Source of the DNA: Eledone cirrhosa
Taxonomy: Eukaryota
Assembly (NCBI GenBank): GCA_964016885.1
Contig: OZ024743.1
Coordinates: 373,488,001-373,552,000, forward strand
Direction: 5' to 3'
DNA length: 64,000 nt
Every line of letters starts with the position of its first letter. The first letter of the stretch is position 1. The position numbers and the translations under genes are program-made. Shown here in pieces: positions 46,301 to 62,700 of the stretch. Below the pieces are notes generated by a model. It was given only the letters and a program-made list of their open reading frames with translations, made no database searches and was not told the DNA's origin.

Positions 46301-49300
46301 CTCTTCCACATTACATGTCCATACCTTTGGTTTATCTCTTCCACATTACATGTCCATACCTTTGGTCTATCTCTTTCACATTACATGTCCATACCTTTGG
46401 TTTATCTCTTTCACATTAGATGTCCATACCTTTGGTCTATCTCTTTCCCAACATTACATGCCCATACCTTTGGTATATCTCTGTCCCAACATTACATGCC
46501 CATACCTTTGGTCTATCTTTCACATTAGATGTCCATACCTTTGGTCTATCTCTTTCACAACATTACATGTCCATACCTTTGGTCTATCTCTTTCACATTA
46601 CATGTCCATACCTTTGGTCTATCTTTCACATTAGATGTCCATACCAATGGTCTATCTCTTTCACATTACATGTCCATACCTTTGGTCTATCTCTTTCACA
46701 ACATTACATGTCCATACCTTTTGGTCTATCTCTTTCACATTACATGTCCATACCTTTGGTCTATCGTTCACATTACATGCCCATACCTTTGGTCTATCTC
46801 TTTCACATTACATGTCCATACCTTTGGTCTATCTCTTTCACAACATTACATGCCCATACCTTTGGTCTATCTTTCACATTAGATATCCATACCTCTGGTC
46901 TATCTCTTTCACATTAGATGTCCATACCTTTGGTCTATCTCTTTCACATTAGATGTCCATACCTTTGGTCTATCTCTTTCACAGCATTACATGTCCATAC
47001 CTTTGGTCTATCTCTTTCACATTGCATGTCCATACCTTTGGTCTATCTCTTTCACATTGCATGTCCATACCTTTGGTCTATCTCTTTCACAACATTACAT
47101 GTCCATACCTTTGGTCTATCTCTTTCACATTACATGCCCATACCTTTGGTCTATCTCTTTCACATTACATTTCCATACCTTTGGTCTATCTCTTTCACAT
47201 TACATGTCCATACCTTTGGTCTATCTCTTTCACATTACATGTCCATACCTTTGGTCTATCTCTTTCACATTACATGCCCATACCTTGGGTCTATCTCTTT
47301 CACATTACATTTCCATACCTTTGGTCATTCTCTTTCACATTACATGTCCATACTTTTGGTCTATCTCTTTCACATTACATGCCCATACCTTTGGTCTATC
47401 TCTTTCACAACATTACATGCCCATACCTTTGGTCTATCTCTTTCACAACATTACATGCCCATACCTTTGGTCTATCTGTTTAACATTAGATGTCGATAGC
47501 TTTGGTCTATCTGTTTCACAACATTACATGCCCATACCTTTGGTCTATCTCTTTCACATTACATGTCCATACCTTTGGTCTATCTCTTTCACATTACATG
47601 TCCATACCTTTGGTCTATCTCTTTCACATTAGATGTTCATACCTATTGTCTATCTCTTTCACAACATTACATGTCCATACCTTTGGTCTATCTCTTCCAT
47701 ATTACATGTCCATACCTTTGGTCTATCTCTTCCACATTACATGTCCATACCTTTGGTCTATCTCTTTCACATTACATGTCCATACCTTTGGTCTATCTCG
47801 TTCACATTAGATGTCCATACCTTTGGTCTATCTATTTCACATTAGATGTCCATACCTTTGGTCTATCTCTTTCACAACATTACATGCCCATACCTTTGGT
47901 CTATCTCTTTCACATTACATGTCCATACTTTTGGTCTATCTTTCACATTAGATGTCCATACCAATGGTCTATCTCTTTCACATTACATGTCCATACCTTT
48001 GGTCTATCTCTTTCACATTACATGTCCATGCCATTGGTCTATCTCTTTCACATTACATGTCCATACCTTTGGTCTATCTCTTTCACATTAGATGTCCATA
48101 CCTATGGTCTATCTCTTTCACAACATTACATGTCCATACCTTTGGTCTATCTCTTTCACATTAGATGTCCATACCTTTGGTCTATCTCTTTCACATTAGA
48201 TGTCCATACCTTTGGTATATCTCTTTCACAACATTACATGTCCATACCTTTGGTCTATCTCTTTCACATTACATGTCCATACCTTTGGTCTATCTCTTTC
48301 ACAACATTACATGCCTATACCTATGTTCTATCTCTTTCACATTAGTTGTCCATACCTTTGGTCCATCTCTTTCACATTACATGTCCATACCTTTGGTCTA
48401 TCTCTTTCACAACATTACATGCCCATACCTCTGGTCTATCTCTTTTACATTACATGTCCATACCTTTGGTCTATCTCTTTCACAACATTACATGTCCATA
48501 CCTTTGGTCTATCTCTTTCACATTAGATGTCCATACCTTTGGTCTATCTCTTTCACATTAGATGTCCATACCTTTGGTCTATCTCTTTCACATTACATGT
48601 CCATACCTTTGGTCTATCTCTTTCACATTACATGTCCATACCTTTGGTCTATCTCTTTCACATTACATGTCCATACCTTTGGTCTATCTCTTTCACATTA
48701 CATGTCCATACCTTTGGTCTATCTCTTTCACATTACATGTCCATACCTTTGGTCTATCTCTTTCACATTAGATGTCCATACCTTTGGTATATCTCTTTCA
48801 CAACATTACATGTCCATACCTTTGGTCTATCTCTTTCAGATTACATGTCCATACCTTTGGTCTATCTCTTTCACAACATTACATGCCTATACCTATGTTC
48901 TATCTCTTTCACATTAGTTGTCCATACCTTTGGTCCATCTCTTTCACATTACATGTCCATACCTTTGGTCTATCTCTTTCACAACATTACATGCCCATAC
49001 CTCTGGTCTATCTCTTTTACATTACATGTCCATACCTTTGGTCTATCTCTTTCACAACATTACATGTCCATACCTTTGGTCTATCTCTTTCACATTAGAT
49101 GTCCATACCTTTGGTCTATCTCTTTCACATTAGATGTCCATACCTTTGGTCTATCTCTTTCACATTACATGTCCATACCTTTGGTCTATCTCTTTCACAT
49201 TACATGTCCATACCTTTGGTCTATCTCTCTCACATTACATGTCCATACCTTTGGTCTATCTCTTTCACATTACATGTCCATACCTTTGGTCTATCTCTTT

Positions 49301-52300
49301 CACATTACATGTCCATACCTTTGGTCTATCTCTTTCACATTACATGTCCATACCTTTGGTCTATCTCTTTCACATTAGATGTCCATACCTTTGGTCTATC
49401 TCTTTCACAACACTACATGTCCATACCTTTGGTCTATCTCTTTCACAACATTACATGCCCATACCTCTGGTCTATCTCTTTTACATTACATGTCCATACC
49501 TTTGGTCTATCTCTTTCACAACATTACATGTCCATACCTTTGGTCTATCTCTTTCACATTAGATGTCCATACCTTTGGTCTATCTCTTTCACATTAGATG
49601 TCCATACCTTTGGTCTATCTCTTTCACATTACATGTCCATACCTTTGGTCTATCTCTTTCACATTACATGTCCATACCTTTGGTCTATCTCTCTCACATT
49701 ACATGTCCATACCTTTGGTCTATCTCTTTCACATTACATGTCCATACCTTTGGTCTATCTCTTTCACATTACATGTCCATACCTTTGGTCTATCTCTTTC
49801 ACATTACATGTCCATACCTTTGGTCTATCTCTTTCACATTAGATGTCCATACCTTTGGTCTATCTCTTTCACAACACTACATGTCCATACCTTTGGTCTA
49901 TCTCTTTCACATTACATGTCCATACCTTTGGTCTATCTCTTTCACATTACATGTCCATACTTTTGGTCTATCTCTTTCACATTACATGCCCATACCTTTG
50001 GTCTATCTCTTTCACAACATTACATGCCCATACCTTTGGTCTATCTCTTTCACAACATTACATGCCCATACCTTTGGTCTATCTGTTTAACATTAGATGT
50101 CGATAGCTTTGGTCTATCTGTTTCACAACATTACATGCCCATACCTTTGGTCTATCTCTTTCACATTACATGTCCATACCTTTGGTCTATCTCTTTCACA
50201 TTACATGTCCATACCTTTGGTCTATCTCTTTCACATTAGATGTTCATACCTATTGTCTATCTCTTTCACAACATTACATGTCCATACCTTTGGTCTATCT
50301 CTTCCATATTACATGTCCATACCTTTGGTCTATCTCTTCCACATTACATGTCCATACCTTTGGTCTATCTCTTTCACATTACATGTCCATACCTTTGGTC
50401 TATCTCGTTCACATTAGATGTCCATACCTTTGGTCTATCTATTTCACATTAGATGTCCATACCTTTGGTCTATCTCTTTCACAACATTACATGCCCATAC
50501 CTTTGGTCTATCTCTTTCACATTACATGTCCATACTTTTGGTCTATCTTTCACATTAGATGTCCATACCAATGGTCTATCTCTTTCACATTACATGTCCA
50601 TACCTTTGGTCTATCTCTTTCACATTACATGTCCATGCCATTGGTCTATCTCTTTCACATTACATGTCCATACCTTTGGTCTATCTCTTTCACATTAGAT
50701 GTCCATACCTATGGTCTATCTCTTTCACAACATTACATGTCCATACCTTTGGTCTATCTCTTTCACATTAGATGTCCATACCTTTGGTCTATCTCTTTCA
50801 CATTAGATGTCCATACCTTTGGTATATCTCTTTCACAACATTACATGTCCATACCTTTGGTCTATCTCTTTCACATTACATGTCCATACCTTTGGTCTAT
50901 CTCTTTCACAACATTACATGCCTATACCTATGTTCTATCTCTTTCACATTAGTTGTCCATACCTTTGGTCCATCTCTTTCACATTACATGTCCATACCTT
51001 TGGTCTATCTCTTTCACAACATTACATGCCCATACCTCTGGTCTATCTCTTTTACATTACATGTCCATACCTTTGGTCTATCTCTTTCACAACATTACAT
51101 GTCCATACCTTTGGTCTATCTCTTTCACATTAGATGTCCATACCTTTGGTCTATCTCTTTCACATTAGATGTCCATACCTTTGGTCTATCTCTTTCACAT
51201 TACATGTCCATACCTTTGGTCTATCTCTTTCACATTACATGTCCATACCTTTGGTCTATCTCTTTCACATTACATGTCCATACCTTTGGTCTATCTCTTT
51301 CACATTACATGTCCATACCTTTGGTCTATCTCTTTCACATTACATGTCCATACCTTTGGTCTATCTCTTTCACATTAGATGTCCATACCTTTGGTATATC
51401 TCTTTCACAACATTACATGTCCATACCTTTGGTCTATCTCTTTCAGATTACATGTCCATACCTTTGGTCTATCTCTTTCACAACATTACATGCCTATACC
51501 TATGTTCTATCTCTTTCACATTAGTTGTCCATACCTTTGGTCCATCTCTTTCACATTACATGTCCATACCTTTGGTCTATCTCTTTCACAACATTACATG
51601 CCCATACCTCTGGTCTATCTCTTTTACATTACATGTCCATACCTTTGGTCTATCTCTTTCACAACATTACATGTCCATACCTTTGGTCTATCTCTTTCAC
51701 ATTAGATGTCCATACCTTTGGTCTATCTCTTTCACATTAGATGTCCATACCTTTGGTCTATCTCTTTCACATTACATGTCCATACCTTTGGTCTATCTCT
51801 TTCACATTACATGTCCATACCTTTGGTCTATCTCTCTCACATTACATGTCCATACCTTTGGTCTATCTCTTTCACATTACATGTCCATACCTTTGGTCTA
51901 TCTCTTTCACATTACATGTCCATACCTTTGGTCTATCTCTTTCACATTACATGTCCATACCTTTGGTCTATCTCTTTCACATTAGATGTCCATACCTTTG
52001 GTCTATCTCTTTCACAACACTACATGTCCATACCTTTGGTCTATCTCTTTCACATTACATGTCCATACCTTTGGTCTATCTCTTTCACATTACATGTCCA
52101 TACCTTTGGTGTATCTCTTTCTCATTAGATGTCCATACCTATGGTCTATCTCTTTCACAACATTACATGTCCATACCTTTGGTCTACCTCTTTCACATTA
52201 GATGTCCATACCTTTGGTCTATCTCTTTCACATTAGATTCCATACCTTTGGTATATCTCTTTCACAACATTACATGTCCATACCTTTGGTCTATCTCTTT

Positions 52301-55300
52301 CACATTACATGCCCATACCTTTGGTCTATCTCTTTCACATTACATTTCCATACCTTTGGTCTATCTCTTTCACATTACATGTCCATACCTTTGGTCTATC
52401 TCTTTCACATTACATGTCCATACCTTTGGTCTATCTCTTTCACATTACATGCCCATACCTTGGGTCTATCTCTTTCACATTACATTTCCATACCTTTGGT
52501 CATTCTCTTTCACATTACATGTCCATACTTTTGGTCTATCTCTTTCACATTACATGCCCATACCTTTGGTCTATCTCTTTCACAACATTACATGCCCATA
52601 CCTTTGGTCTATCTCTTTCACAACATTACATGCCCATACCTTTGGTCTATCTGTTTAACATTAGATGTCGATAGCTTTGGTCTATCTGTTTCACAACATT
52701 ACATGCCCATACCTTTGGTCTATCTCTTTCACATTACATGTCCATACCTTTGGTCTATCTCTTTCACATTACATGTCCATACCTTTGGTCTATCTCTTTC
52801 ACATTAGATGTTCATACCTATTGTCTATCTCTTTCACAACATTACATGTCCATACCTTTGGTCTATCTCTTCCATATTACATGTCCATACCTTTGGTCTA
52901 TCTCTTCCACATTACATGTCCATACCTTTGGTCTATCTCTTTCACATTACATGTCCATACCTTTGGTCTATCTCGTTCACATTAGATGTCCATACCTTTG
53001 GTCTATCTATTTCACATTAGATGTCCATACCTTTGGTCTATCTCTTTCACAACATTACATGCCCATACCTTTGGTCTATCTCTTTCACATTACATGTCCA
53101 TACTTTTGGTCTATCTTTCACATTAGATGTCCATACCAATGGTCTATCTCTTTCACATTACATGTCCATACCTTTGGTCTATCTCTTTCACATTACATGT
53201 CCATGCCATTGGTCTATCTCTTTCACATTACATGTCCATACCTTTGGTCTATCTCTTTCACATTAGATGTCCATACCTATGGTCTATCTCTTTCACAACA
53301 TTACATGTCCATACCTTTGGTCTATCTCTTTCACATTAGATGTCCATACCTTTGGTCTATCTCTTTCACATTAGATGTCCATACCTTTGGTATATCTCTT
53401 TCACAACATTACATGTCCATACCTTTGGTCTATCTCTTTCACATTACATGTCCATACCTTTGGTCTATCTCTTTCACAACATTACATGCCTATACCTATG
53501 TTCTATCTCTTTCACATTAGTTGTCCATACCTTTGGTCCATCTCTTTCACATTACATGTCCATACCTTTGGTCTATCTCTTTCACAACATTACATGCCCA
53601 TACCTCTGGTCTATCTCTTTTACATTACATGTCCATACCTTTGGTCTATCTCTTTCACAACATTACATGTCCATACCTTTGGTCTATCTCTTTCACATTA
53701 GATGTCCATACCTTTGGTCTATCTCTTTCACATTAGATGTCCATACCTTTGGTCTATCTCTTTCACATTACATGTCCATACCTTTGGTCTATCTCTTTCA
53801 CATTACATGTCCATACCTTTGGTCTATCTCTTTCACATTACATGTCCATACCTTTGGTCTATCTCTTTCACATTACATGTCCATACCTTTGGTCTATCTC
53901 TTTCACATTACATGTCCATACCTTTGGTCTATCTCTTTCACATTAGATGTCCATACCTTTGGTATATCTCTTTCACAACATTACATGTCCATACCTTTGG
54001 TCTATCTCTTTCAGATTACATGTCCATACCTTTGGTCTATCTCTTTCACAACATTACATGCCTATACCTATGTTCTATCTCTTTCACATTAGTTGTCCAT
54101 ACCTTTGGTCCATCTCTTTCACATTACATGTCCATACCTTTGGTCTATCTCTTTCACAACATTACATGCCCATACCTCTGGTCTATCTCTTTTACATTAC
54201 ATGTCCATACCTTTGGTCTATCTCTTTCACAACATTACATGTCCATACCTTTGGTCTATCTCTTTCACATTAGATGTCCATACCTTTGGTCTATCTCTTT
54301 CACATTAGATGTCCATACCTTTGGTCTATCTCTTTCACATTACATGTCCATACCTTTGGTCTATCTCTTTCACATTACATGTCCATACCTTTGGTCTATC
54401 TCTCTCACATTACATGTCCATACCTTTGGTCTATCTCTTTCACATTACATGTCCATACCTTTGGTCTATCTCTTTCACATTACATGTCCATACCTTTGGT
54501 CTATCTCTTTCACATTACATGTCCATACCTTTGGTCTATCTCTTTCACATTAGATGTCCATACCTTTGGTCTATCTCTTTCACAACACTACATGTCCATA
54601 CCTTTGGTCTATCTCTTTCACATTACATGTCCATACCTTTGGTCTATCTCTTTCACATTACATGTCCATACCTTTGGTGTATCTCTTTCTCATTAGATGT
54701 CCATACCTATGGTCTATCTCTTTCACAACATTACATGTCCATACCTTTGGTCTACCTCTTTCACATTAGATGTCCATACCTTTGGTCTATCTCTTTCACA
54801 TTAGATTCCATACCTTTGGTATATCTCTTTCACAACATTACATGTCCATACCTTTGGTCTATCTCTTTCACATTACATGTCCATACCTTTGGTCTATCTC
54901 TTTCACATTACATGTCCATACCTTTGGTCTATCTCTTTCACATTACATGTCCATACATTTGGTCTATCTCTTTCACATTACATGTCCATACCTTTGGTCT
55001 ATCTCTTTCACATTACATGTCCATACCTTTGGTCTATCTCTTTCACATTACATGTCCATACCTTTGGTCTATCTCTTTCACATTACATGTCCATACCTTT
55101 GGTCTATCTCTTTCACATTACATGTCCATACCTTTGGTCTATCTCTTTCACATTACATGTCCATACCTTTGGTCTATCTCTTTCACATTACATGTCCATA
55201 CCTTTGGTCTATCTCTTTCACATTACATGTCCATACCTTTGGTCTATCTCTTTCACATTAGATGTCCATACCTTTGGTCTATCTCTTTCACAACACTACA

Positions 55301-58300
55301 TGTCCATACCTTTGGTCTATCTCTTTCACATTACATGTCCATACCTTTGGTCTATCTCTTTCACATTACATGTCCATACCTTTGGTCTATCTCTTTCTCA
55401 TTAGATGTCCATACCTATGGTCTATCTCTTTCACAACATTACATGTCCATACCTTTGGTCTACCTCTTTCACATTAGATGTCCATACCTTTGGTCTATCT
55501 CTTTCACATTAGATTCCATACCTTTGGTATATCTCTTTCACAACATTACATGTCCATACCTTTGGTCTATCTCTTTAACATTACATGTCCATACCTTTGG
55601 TCTATCTCTTTCACATTACATGTCCATACCTTTGGTCTATCTCTTTCACATTACATGTCCATACCTTTGGTCTATCTCTTTCACATTACATGTCCATACA
55701 TTTGGTCTATCTCTTTCACATTACATGTCCATACCTTTGGTCTATCTCTTTCACATTACATGTCCATACCTTTGGTCTATCTCTTTCACATTACATGTCC
55801 ATACCTTTGGTCTATCTCTTTCACATTACATGCCCATACCTTGGGTCTATCTCTTTCACATTACATTTCCATACCTTTGGTCATTCTCTTTCACATTACA
55901 TGTCCATACTTTTGGTCTATCTCTTTCACATTACATGCCCATACCTTTGGTCTATCTCTTTCACAACATTACATGCCCATACCTTTGGTCTATCTGTTTC
56001 ACAACATTACATGCCCATACCTTTGGTCTATCTCTTTCACATTACATGTCCATACCTTTGGTCTATCTCTTTCACATTACATGTCCACACCTTTGGTCTA
56101 TCTCTTTCACATTAGATGTTCATACCTATTGTCTATCTCTTTCACAACATTACATGTCCATACCTTTGGTCTATCTCTTTCACATTACACGTCCATACTT
56201 TTGGTCTATCTCTTCCACATTACATGTCCATACCTTTGGTCTATCTCTTCCACATTACATGTCCATACCTTTGGTCTATCTCTTTCACATTACATGTCCA
56301 TACCTTTGGTCTATCTCGTTCACATTAGATGTCCATACCTTTGGTCTATCTCTTTCACATTAGATGTCCATACCTTTGGTCTATCTCTTTCACAACATTA
56401 CATGCCCATACCTTTGGTCTATCTCTTTCACATTACATGTCCATACCTTTGGTCTATCTTTCACATTAGATGTCCATACCAATGGTCTATCTCTTTCACA
56501 TTACATGTACATACCTATGGTCTATCTCTTTCACAACATTACATGTCCATACCTTTGGTCTATCTCTTTCACATTAGATGTCCATACCTTTGGTCTATCT
56601 CTTTCACATTAGATGTCCATACCTTTGGTATATCTCTTTCACAACATTACATGTCCATACCTTTGGTCTATCTCTTTCACATTACATGTCCATACCTTTG
56701 GTCTATCTCTTTCACAACATTACATGCCTATACCTATGGTCTATCTCTTTCACATTAGTTGTCCATACCTTTGGTCTATCTCTTTCACATTACATGCCCA
56801 TACCTTGGGTCTATCTCTTTCACATTAGATTTCCATACCTTTGGTCATTCTCTTTCACATTACATGTCCATACTTTTGGTCTATCTCTTTCACATTACAT
56901 GCCCATACCTTTGGTCTATCTCTTTCACAACATTACATGCCCATACCTTTGGTCTATCTCTTTCACAACATTACATGCCCATACCTTTGGTCTATCTGTT
57001 TAACATTAGATGTCGATACCTTTGGTCTATCTGTTTCACAACATTACATGCCCATACCTTTGGTCTATCTCTTTCACATTACATCTCCATACCTTTGGTC
57101 TATCTCTTCCACATTACATGTCCATACCTTTGGTCTATCTCTTTCACATTACATGTCCATACCTTTGGTCTATCTCTTTCACATTACATGTTCATACCTT
57201 TGGTCTCTCTCTTTCACATTAGATGTTCATACCTATTGTCTATCTCTTTCACAACATTACATGTCCATACCTTTGGTCTATCTCTTTCACATTATACGTC
57301 CATACTTTTGGTCTATCTCTTCCACATTACATGTCCATACCTTTGGTCTATCTCTTCCACATTACATGTCCATACCTTTGGTCTATCTCTTTCACATTAC
57401 ATGTCCATACCTTTGGTCTATCTCGTTCACATTAGATGTCCATACCTTTGGTCTATCTCTTTCACATTAGATGTCCATACCTTTGGTCTATCTCTTTCAC
57501 AACATTACATGCCCATACCTTTGGTCTATCTCTTTCACATTACATGTCCATACCTTTGGTCTATCTCTTTCACATTACATGCCCATACCTTTGGTCTATC
57601 TCTTTCACATTAGATGTCCATACCTTTTATCTATCTTTCACATTAGATGTCCATACCTTTGGTCTATCTCTTTCACATTACATGTCCATACCTTTGGTCT
57701 ATCTCTTTCACATTACATGCCCATACCTTTGGTTTATCTCTTCCACATTACATGTCCATACCTTTGGTCTATCTCTTTCACATTACATGTCCATACCTTT
57801 GGTTTATCTCTTCCACATTTCATGTCCATACCTTTGGTCTATCTCTTTCACATTACATGTCCATACCTTTGGTCTATCTCTTTCACATTACATGTCCATA
57901 CCTTTGGTCTATCTCTTTCACATTACATGTCCATACCTTTGGTCTATCTCTTTCACATTACATGTCCATACCTTTTGTCTATCTTTCACATTAGATGTCC
58001 ATACCAATGGTCTATCTCTTTCACATTACATGTCCATACCTTTGGTCTATCTCTTTCACATTAGAGGTCCATACCTATGGTCTATCTCTTTCACAACATT
58101 ACATGTCCATACCTTTGGTCTATCTCTTCCACATTACATGTCCATACCTTTGGTTTATCTCTTCCACATTACATGTCCATACCTTTGGTCTATCTCTTTC
58201 ACATTACATGTCCATACCTTTGGTTTATCTCTTTCACATTAGATGTCCATACCTTTGGTCTATCTCTTTCCCAACATTACATGCCCATACCTTTGGTATA

Positions 58301-61300
58301 TCTCTGTCCCAACATTACATGCCCATACCTTTGGTCTATCTCTTTCACATTAGATGTCCATACCTTTGGTCTATCTCTTTCACAACATTACATGTCCATA
58401 CCTTTGGTCTATCTCTTTCACATTACATGTCCATACCTTTGGTCTATCTTTCACATTAGATGTCCATACCTTTGGTCTATCTCTTTCACAACATTACATG
58501 TCCATACCTTTGGTCTATCTCTTTCACATTACATGTCCATACCTTTGGTCTATCTTTCACATTAGATGTCCATACCAATGGTCTATCTCTTTCACATTAC
58601 ATGTCCATACCTTTGGTCTATCTCTTTCACAACATTACATGTCCATACCTTTTGGTCTATCTCTTTCACATTACATGTCCATACCTTTGGTCTATCGTTC
58701 ACATTACATGCCCATACCTTTGGTCTATCTCTTTCACATTACATGTCCATACCTTTGGTCTATCTCTTTCACAACATTACATGCCCATACCTTTGGTCTA
58801 TCTTTCACATTAGATATCCATACCTCTGGTCTATCTCTTTCACATTAGATGTCCATACCTTTGGTCTATCTCTTTCACATTAGATGTCCATACCTTTGGT
58901 CTATCTCTTTCACAGCATTACATGTCCATACCTTTGGTCTATCTCTTTCACATTGCATGTCCATACCTTTGGTCTATCTCTTTCACATTGCATGTCCATA
59001 CCTTTGGTCTATCTCTTTCACAACATTACATGTCCATACCTTTGGTCTATCTCTTTCACATTACATGCCCATACCTTTGGTCTATCTCTTTCACATTACA
59101 TTTCCATACCTTTGGTCTATCTCTTTCACATTACATGTCCATACCTTTGGTCTATCTCTTTCACATTACATGCCCATACCTTGGGTCTATCTCTTTCACA
59201 TTACATTTCCATACCTTTGGTCATTCTCTTTCACATTACATGTCCATACTTTTGGTCTATCTCTTTCACATTACATGCCCATACCTTTGGTCTATCTCTT
59301 TCACAACATTACATGCCCATACCTTTGGTCTATCTCTTTCACAACATTACATGCCCATACCTTTGGTCTATCTGTTTAACATTAGATGTCGATAGCTTTG
59401 GTCTATCTGTTTCACAACATTACATGCCCATACCTTTGGTCTATCTCTTTCACATTACATGTCCATACCTTTGGTCTATCTCTTTCACATTACATGTCCA
59501 TACCTTTGGTCTATCTCTTTCACATTAGATGTTCATACCTATTGTCTATCTCTTTCACAACATTACATGTCCATACCTTTGGTCTATCTCTTCCATATTA
59601 CATGTCCATACCTTTGGTCTATCTCTTCCACATTATATGTCCATACCTTTGGTCTATCTCTTTCACATTACATGTCCATACCTTTGGTCTATCTCGTTCA
59701 CATTAGATGTCCATACCTTTGGTCTATCTCTTTCACATTAGATGTCCATACCTTTGGTCTATCTCTTTCACAACATTACATGCCCATACCTTTGGTCTAT
59801 CTCTTTCACATTACATGTCCATACTTTTGGTCTATCTTTCACATTAGATGTCCATACCAATGGTCTATCTCTTTCACATTACATGTCCATACCTTTGGTC
59901 TATCTCTTTCACATTACATGTCCATACCTTTGGTCTATCTTTTTCACATTACATGTCCATACCTTTGGTCTATCTTTCACATTAGATGTCCATGCCATTG
60001 GTCTATCTCTTTCACATTACATGTCCATACCTTTGGTCTATCTCTTTCACATTAGATGTCCATACCTATGGTCTATCTCTTTCACAACATTACATGTCCA
60101 TACCTTTGGTCTATCTCTTTCACATTAGATGTCCATACCTTTGGTCTATCTCTTTCACATTAGATGTCCATACCTTTGGTATATCTCTTTCACAACATTA
60201 CATGTCCATACCTTTGGTCTATCTCTTTCACATTACATGTCCATACCTTTGGTCTATCTCTTTCACAACATTACATGCCTATACCTATGTTCTATCTCTT
60301 TCACATTAGTTGTCCATACCTTTGGTCCATCTCTTTCACATTACATGTCCATACCTTTGGTCTATCTCTTTCACAACATTACATGCCCATACCTCTGGTC
60401 TATCTCTTTTACATTACATGTCCATACCTTTGGTCTATCTCTTTCACAACATTACATGTCCATACCTTTGGTCTATCTCTTTCACATTAGATGTCCATAC
60501 CTTTGGTCTATCTCTTTCACATTAGATGTCCATACCTTTGGTCTATCTCTTTCACATTACATGTCCATACCTTTGGTCTATCTCTTTCACATTACATGTC
60601 CATACCTTTGGTCTATCTCTTTCACATTACATGTCCATACCTTTGGTCTATCTCTTTCACATTACATGTCCATACCTTTGGTCTATCTCTTTCACATTAC
60701 ATGTCCATACCTTTGGTCTATCTCTTTCACATTAGATGTCCATACCTTTGGTATATCTCTTTCACAACATTACATGTCCATACCTTTGGTCTATCTCTTT
60801 CACATTACATGTCCATACCTTTGGTCTATCTCTTTCACAACATTACATGCCTATACCTATGTTCTATCTCTTTCACATTAGTTGTCCATACCTTTGGTCC
60901 ATCTCTTTCACATTACATGTCCATACCTTTGGTCTATCTCTTTCACAACATTACATGCCCATACCTCTGGTCTATCTCTTTTACATTACATGTCCATACC
61001 TTTGGTCTATCTCTTTCACAACATTACATGTCCATACCTTTGGTCTATCTCTTTCACATTAGATGTCCATACCTTTGGTCTATCTCTTTCACATTACATG
61101 TCCATACCTTTGGTCTATCTCTTTCACATTACATGTCCATACCTTTGGTCTATCTCTTTCACATTACATGTACATACCTTTGGTCTATCTCTTTCACATT
61201 ACATGTCCATACCTTTGGTCTATCTCTTTCACATTACATGTCCATACCTTTGGTCTATCTCTTTCACATTACATGTCCATACCTTTGGTCTATCTCTTTC

Positions 61301-62700
61301 ACATTATATGTCCATACCTTTGGTCTATCTCTTTCACAACACTACATGTCCATACCTTTGGTCTATCTCTTTCACATTACATGTCCATACCTTTGGTCTA
61401 TCTCTTTCACATTACATGTCCATACCTTTGGTGTATCTCTTTCTCATTAGATGTCCATACCTATGGTCTATCTCTTTCACAACATTACATGTCCATACCT
61501 TTGGTCTACCTCTTTCACATTAGATGTCCATACCTTTGGTCTATCTCTTTCACATTAGATTCCATACCTTTGGTATATCTCTTTCACAACATTACATGTC
61601 CATACCTTTGGTCTATCTCTTTCACATTACATGTCCATACCTTTGGTCTATCTCTTTCACATTACATGTCCATACCTTTGGTCTATCTCTTTCACATTAC
61701 ATGTCCATACCTTTGGTCTATCTCTTTCACATTACATGTCCATACATTTGGTCTATCTCTTTCACATTACATGTCCATACCTTTGGTCTATCTCTTTCAC
61801 ATTACATGTCCATACCTTTGGTCTATCTCTTTCACATTACATGTCCATACCTTTGGTCTATCTCTTTCACATTACATGTCCATACCTTTGGTCTATCTCT
61901 TTCACATTACATGTCCATACCTTTGGTCTATCTCTTTCACATTACATGTCCATACCTTTGGTCTATCTCTTTCACATTACATGTCCATACCTTTGGTCTA
62001 TCTCTTTCACATTACATGTCCATACCTTTGGTCTATCTCTTTCACATTAGATGTCCATACCTTTGGTCTATCTCTTTCACAACACTACATGTCCATACCT
62101 TTGGTCTATCTCTTTCACATTACATGTCCATACCTTTGGTCTATCTCTTTCACATTACATGTCCATACCTTTGGTCTATCTCTTTCTCATTAGATGTCCA
62201 TACCTATGGTCTATCTCTTTCACAACATTACATGTCCATACCTTTGGTCTACCTCTTTCACATTAGATGTCCATACCTTTGGTCTATCTCTTTCACATTA
62301 GATTCCATACCTTTGGTATATCTCTTTCACAACATTACATGTCCATACCTTTGGTCTATCTCTTTCACATTACATGTCCATACCTTTGGTCTATCTCTTT
62401 CACATTACATGTCCATACCTTTGGTCTATCTCTTTCACATTACATGTCCATACCTTTGGTCTATCTCTTTCACATTACATGTCCATACATTTGGTCTATC
62501 TCTTTCACATTACATGTCCATACCTTTGGTCTATCTCTTTCACATTACATGTCCATACCTTTGGTCTATCTCTTTCACATTACATGTCCATACCTTTGGT
62601 CCATCTCTTTCACATTACATGTCCATACGTTTGGTCTATCTCTTTCACATTAGATGTCCATACCTTTGGTCTATCTCTTTCACAACATTACATGTCCATA
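37350..62700. repeat. Higher-order block: a ~6.2-6.8-kb unit with a nested ~2.6-kb triplication and 743/572/464-bp duplications
   Basis: Matches at 37966/44293/56116, 39286/45613/57436, 41271/47490/50097/52665/59386 (marker GTCGATAGC), 42623/43366, 48200/48772, 49099/49563 and 42839/54770/61524. Boundaries are approximate. Confidence 0.85.
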
